From Naegleria gruberi (taxonomy: Eukaryota): 64,000 nt of DNA. The stretch lies in the NCBI GenBank assembly GCA_000004985.1, contig GG738902.1. One strand, written 5' to 3'. This document shows positions 60,026 through 64,000 of this stretch, piece by piece (position 1 is the first letter of the stretch; each line of letters opens with the position of its first letter). The notes under the pieces were generated by a model. It was given only the letters and a program-made list of their open reading frames with translations, was not told the origin of the DNA and did not search any database. Made by a program: the position numbers and the translations under genes.

Positions 60026-60167
60026 ACTGTACATAAATTATTTATTGAAACTAACAAAATCAATGAAATTCAAGAATTTAGGATTTTAAGATTACTGTAA
60101 TACAATTTCCCTCCATTTTTTCCCTCCAAATCTTTTTACATTTTGCACCAAAATATTATTAAAAAAA

Positions 60168-61538
60168 ATGATTAGACAACAACCCCAACCGCAGTCGCCT
60201 CAAACAACTGTACCTACTGCATCAACAAGTAGACCATCTGCAGAAGAGCAGGAGCATTTCTATTCTTCAGACGATTTTGGGGATGAAGTTGACTTGAAGA
60301 AGGTTAAATTCTCGGAAAATACAAACCTTAAGGATTCAAAAACACCAGAAAAATTGTAAGTTTGCAAACATACAACAATGTTTTGACCATTTTCATAGAA
60401 TTGAAGAATCCGAGACCGATGACGAAAAGTATATACAACAATTGTCTGAAAAGATGAATGAACTCTGTGCAATGATGAGAACAGAAGTCATGGTATGTTT
60501 TGTACTCAAACATATTCCTTATTAAATATATCACCATTTTAATAGAATAACCTCTTTGATTTGAAGAAGAGAAATGTGCAAAGACTCACTGATTTCAATC
60601 AAAGAAGCAATGAAGACAGAGATGATCTGATTCTCCAACAACGTTTAAAAGAGGAAAAACTAAGAGACAGCATTGCCAAACGTGATTATTATTTAGCGAG
60701 ATTTAAAACTCTCACTTTCCGAATGGCTGATCAAATTTCACAAGCTAGAAAGGTGGAAAGAGAAAAGACCCTTGTGAGAAACATTTTAAGCAAATGGAAA
60801 GAACACTCTCAAGAAAAGAAACGAAAGAAAAACCTAGGAGAAATGTTACTTAAAACCTATAAGAGAAATCAAGCAAGAAAAATCCTTCAAGGATGGTATA
60901 TGTGGATTTTAAACTCTAAGCAAAACACAACAGAACGAATTTGGCAAAACAGACTTGAAAATGAAAAAGCCGAACTGAGAAATGATTATGAAATGAAAAT
61001 TGAGCATTTGAAGGAAGAAATTCTTAAACTGAATCAAGCTCTAGAAAGAGAACAAAATGATAAGCAAGTTCTTCAAGAAAACTTAAAGAAGGCACTCATG
61101 AGAGGCGTGTGCGCAATGAATAACAAATTTTTGGAAATTATCAAGGATACAAATACCAAACCAACTCAATCTTTCAATGTTCAACAAGAACTTGAAGATG
61201 CTTTGAACGAGGTACAAAGTGAATCCGAGTTTATTCAAAATATTGCAAATCAACAAACTCAAATTCCAAGACCTTACCCTAGTTATCCTGAACCAACATT
61301 CTACAGTGTCCCACAACCTCAACCATTACCAACTAGTTCACAACCAACACGATTTATAACAGCCCCAATGGAAGCTACACAGGTGAAAAACCCTCAACCA
61401 CAAGTAAGAGTAATCAGAGAAACTGTAAATTATCCACTTAAACAAACTTTGCAATCACCCTTGCATCCACCTAAGAAAGACAGAAATAGTCCTCCAAATA
61501 CTAAACAAAAACCAACCAATCCATCAAATAAACGATAA
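60168..61538 (+). CDS. Coiled-coil protein, POC5-like centrin-binding candidate. Exons join(60168..60355, 60399..60492, 60546..61538).
   Basis: Three exons are joined by GTAAGT and GTATGT introns. The coiled coil carries ...LKKALMRGVCAMNNKFLEI and W-x-x-W-type repeats (KILQGWYMWI), recalled as POC5-like. The C-terminus is Pro/Gln-rich. Confidence 0.45.
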
Positions 61539-61833
61539 ACTAAGTTTGATATAATTTTACAATAATTTAATGAATAGTGAGTCCTGTATTCTTTTCTGTA
61601 AACTTCAGCCTGCGTACTCAATGAAGCGTTCAATAACAACCTCAAATAATTATCAAGCTAAGTCACTATTGGTTCGACTTGTCTAAATTGTGAGTTTGTC
61701 CATTTCTGAGCCAGTTAGCGCCACTCACTCTAGTTCGACTCTCTTACTGTATCAATGAATCAATCCACTAAGAAACACGAAAAAACTTTCCAATTCATTT
61801 CTTTCGCTCTCTTGTTCAATTAGAAGCAAAGCA

Positions 61834-61860
61834 ATGAATGCTAAAAATAAAAAAATATGA
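61834..61860 (+). promoter_or_regulatory. Eight-codon uORF (ATGAATGCTAAAAATAAAAAAATATGA) whose stop overlaps the TSG101 start codon (ATATGA).
   Basis: This is visible directly. The uORF TGA at 61858-61860 overlaps the main ATG at 61857-61859. Confidence 0.35.
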
Positions 61861-63007
61861 ATATACAAGCCATTGATGATGCATTAACAAGAGTCAAGTA
61901 TCCGTATGCTTCTCGGGTGCGAACTGATGTCTTTCATTTGATATCTAATATACCTCTCCAGGTTGGTGTTGCTAATTTCAATGGAAAGGATATTATGCAA
62001 TTAACAGGTGAGTAATTTGGGTCTTTGGATCGGATGATGATGAACAATTTAAATATTATTATTAATTAATTAATTGTTTTTGTTTTTATTATTATAATTT
62101 AGGAACTATACCAATGTATTACAAGGGAAGCAGATATAATATTCCAATGACTTTTTGGATTGTTGAAATGTATCCATATCATCCACCTGTTTGTTTTGTT
62201 TCTCCGACAGCAAATATGATGATTAAATCAAAGCATAAACACGTGGACGATAATGGTCAGTGCTATCTCCCATATACTGCAAATTGGAATCCATCATCAT
62301 CAGATCTTTATGAATTAGTTAATCAATTGAGTGCAATCTTCGGAACTGATCCACCAGTTTTTCAAAAAAGCGCAACCACAACAACTACAAACACCAATGT
62401 TTCTAATCACTCCATTCCATCAGGTACCTATCCACCACCTTTCCAACCTCCAACAGGTTCAATGTATGGAAGTACCTATCCAGGAACTTATCCATCATAT
62501 GGAATGAATTCATCAATGTATAATCAAAGAAAACCAACTGAAGAAGAATTGAAAATTCAATTGGTTAACAAAGTAAGACAACATCTCCAAAATGTAACAC
62601 TAAAAGAATATGGATCTAAAATAGAAGCTGAATTCAAGACACAAAATCAATTAACTGCAAGAGAAAAACAATTGGAAGTTGTGGAACAAAGAATGAAAAC
62701 TGAACTTGACCAAATTGAAAAAGAGAGAGAAACATTAACACAAAAAATTTCATCATTAGAAACATGGATTCAAAACAATGAAAATAAGCCAATCGATGTT
62801 GATGTAATTATTAATCCACAAGATATCCAAAGCAAACAAATTCTTGATTTGACAAGTGAGGAAATGGCTATTGATGATGTAATTTATTTCTTAGAAAAGA
62901 AGCTTCACTCAAAGCAAATTACTTTGGATGACTGGTTAGATCAAGTAAGAGAATTGAGTAGACAACAATTTTTAAAGAAGGCACTTGTAAAGAAGATTTC
63001 TAATTAA
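61857..63007 (+). CDS. tsg101: TSG101/Vps23 (ESCRT-I) with a UEV domain. Exons join(61857..62007, 62103..63007).
   Basis: UEV domain ...DIMQLTG|TIPMYYKGSRYNIPMTFWIVEMYPYHPPVCFVSPTANMMIKSKHKHVDDNGQCYLPY...DPPVF aligns to TSG101. It has a Pro-rich linker, a coiled coil and a C-terminal steadiness box. The intron is GTGAGT...TTTAG. Confidence 0.8.
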
Positions 63008-63044
63008 ATTTGTAATCATAATCATGCCAGTTTATTCCTTCTTA

Positions 63045-64000
63045 TTAACATCTTTCAAAAACTTTGAACAGCTCAGGAAGATTGGCAACTTCAACAATTG
63101 AGCCATCATTTACAACAGATTCTGGAGGTTTAAACAAGAGTTTGATCGAAGGAAACACTAAATGTTCAGTAATCCATCTCATTCTCTGCTTTGAATATAA
63201 GGTAGAATTGGCATTAGCCTCTTGACTGCTCTTTTGACTATCATTCTCAGATTCGTCCTCCAGTTCAAAATCTTCACATAAATTATAGAATGAGCTTATC
63301 ACTGTTGACACATCACTAAAACATCCAATTTCAGAATCCCAATTTACCTTAAATGCTAGTGCATATAAAAAATCCGGAACTCTGTGCATTGGTGGAATAT
63401 AATTCTCCAGCACATGAGGAAGTGAAACCAATTTAAGATCCTCTGTAATACACACAGAGAAGTATTCCTGTAATATTTCTTTTTTCTCATTAAGAACAGA
63501 CAATGCTTCTCTAATAACTTCGTCATTATCAGATACACCTTGTAAAATTGTTTTAACATCTAGAGAATTCTTCAAATTAATCTTTTTAAATCTACCAAAT
63601 TTGGCAAGAACTCTCTGATATAAGTGTATTTGAGTAATTGCATTCATATCTATTAAAATTAACCGATCATTAAATTGTACAAGTGAATATTTAGCATTGA
63701 TATATCCAACATAACTACTAGATCTCAATAGCTTTTCAAGTTCTGCATGATTTTTGGCATTGATAGAATTTCTAAGTGATTTCAAACTTTCCAAATCATC
63801 AACATTTTCCTCATGCTCAGCTTCAGGTGATTTGGATTGTGAATTTTCCTTTCGTCTAAAAATATTAGAATTTACTCTGGCTATGAATGTACATTACTTA
63901 CTTTTTTGTTACAGGTTGTGCAGACACTGAAATTTCAGCATCCTCGTCCTCTTCCTCTTCTTCTGTAAAGTTTCTTTTAAGGGAGGGGAAATATTGATGG
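63045..64000 (-). CDS. mlh1: DNA mismatch repair protein MLH1, C-terminal part. It is partial and continues beyond the window end. Exons 63045..63855 and 63902..>64000 are separated by a 46-bp intron.
   Basis: The C-terminal domain aligns to MLH1, including SSYVGYINAKYSLVQFNDRLILID and the terminal ...LPELFKVFERC. The upstream exon is acidic (...TEEEEEDEDAEISVSAQPVTK|K). Confidence 0.8.

Overview
This window looks like nuclear DNA from a dictyostelid-type social amoeba. Coding sequence is AT-rich with abundant poly-Asn, poly-Gln and poly-Ser tracts. Introns are few and short (44-280 bp), start GTAAGT, GTATGT or GTGAGT and end AG, and two-codon first exons occur. The gene stocking is typical eukaryotic housekeeping. 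Intergenic DNA is less AT-rich than in D. discoideum, so another dictyostelid or related amoebozoan is more likely; this is inference. I can support about 35 protein-coding genes on both strands. Those recognised by conserved motifs or alignment recall are transaldolase, an ankyrin-repeat protein kinase, an OST3/OST6-like subunit, Vps52, a Tad2/ADAT2-type deaminase, a P-type ATPase, a RING protein, a GNAT acetyltransferase, a Rieske-type oxygenase, a ZIP-like transporter, a bacterial-type DUF1398 protein, a Zn2Cys6 factor, a sirtuin-like protein, an M1-type peptidase, a BTB protein, ISWI, ribosomal protein L17 (uL22), a head-to-head pair of ABCB half-transporters, an RRM protein, an AADAC-type esterase, Pds5, a POC5-like coiled-coil protein, TSG101/Vps23 and the 3' part of MLH1. 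There is one tRNA-Lys(CUU). No CRISPR array, rRNA or clear intact transposon is present. The ORF track labels TTG, CTG and GTG as M, so its ORF starts are not reliable ATGs. Several ORFs are exons of larger genes, and the ORF coordinates differ from my line-based indexing by 1 nt only around 50.5-51.7 kb, so coordinates there are approximate. The main observations are: (1) a near-identical tract of about 200 bp shared in inverted orientation between the two otherwise diverged ABCB paralogs, consistent with recent gene conversion; (2) an exact 26-bp copy of the tRNA-Lys 3' end plus its flank lying 1.4 kb upstream, at the edge of a 2.3 kb ORF-poor, compositionally distinct island; (3) a bacterial-type DUF1398 gene and a Rieske oxygenase within a 27-32 kb stretch of enzyme-like genes, candidate horizontal-transfer or at least patchily distributed genes; (4) an apparent +1 frameshift inside exon 2 of transaldolase; (5) tightly packed convergent gene pairs with stop codons 14-19 bp apart. 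I found no evidence of a novel multi-gene system.
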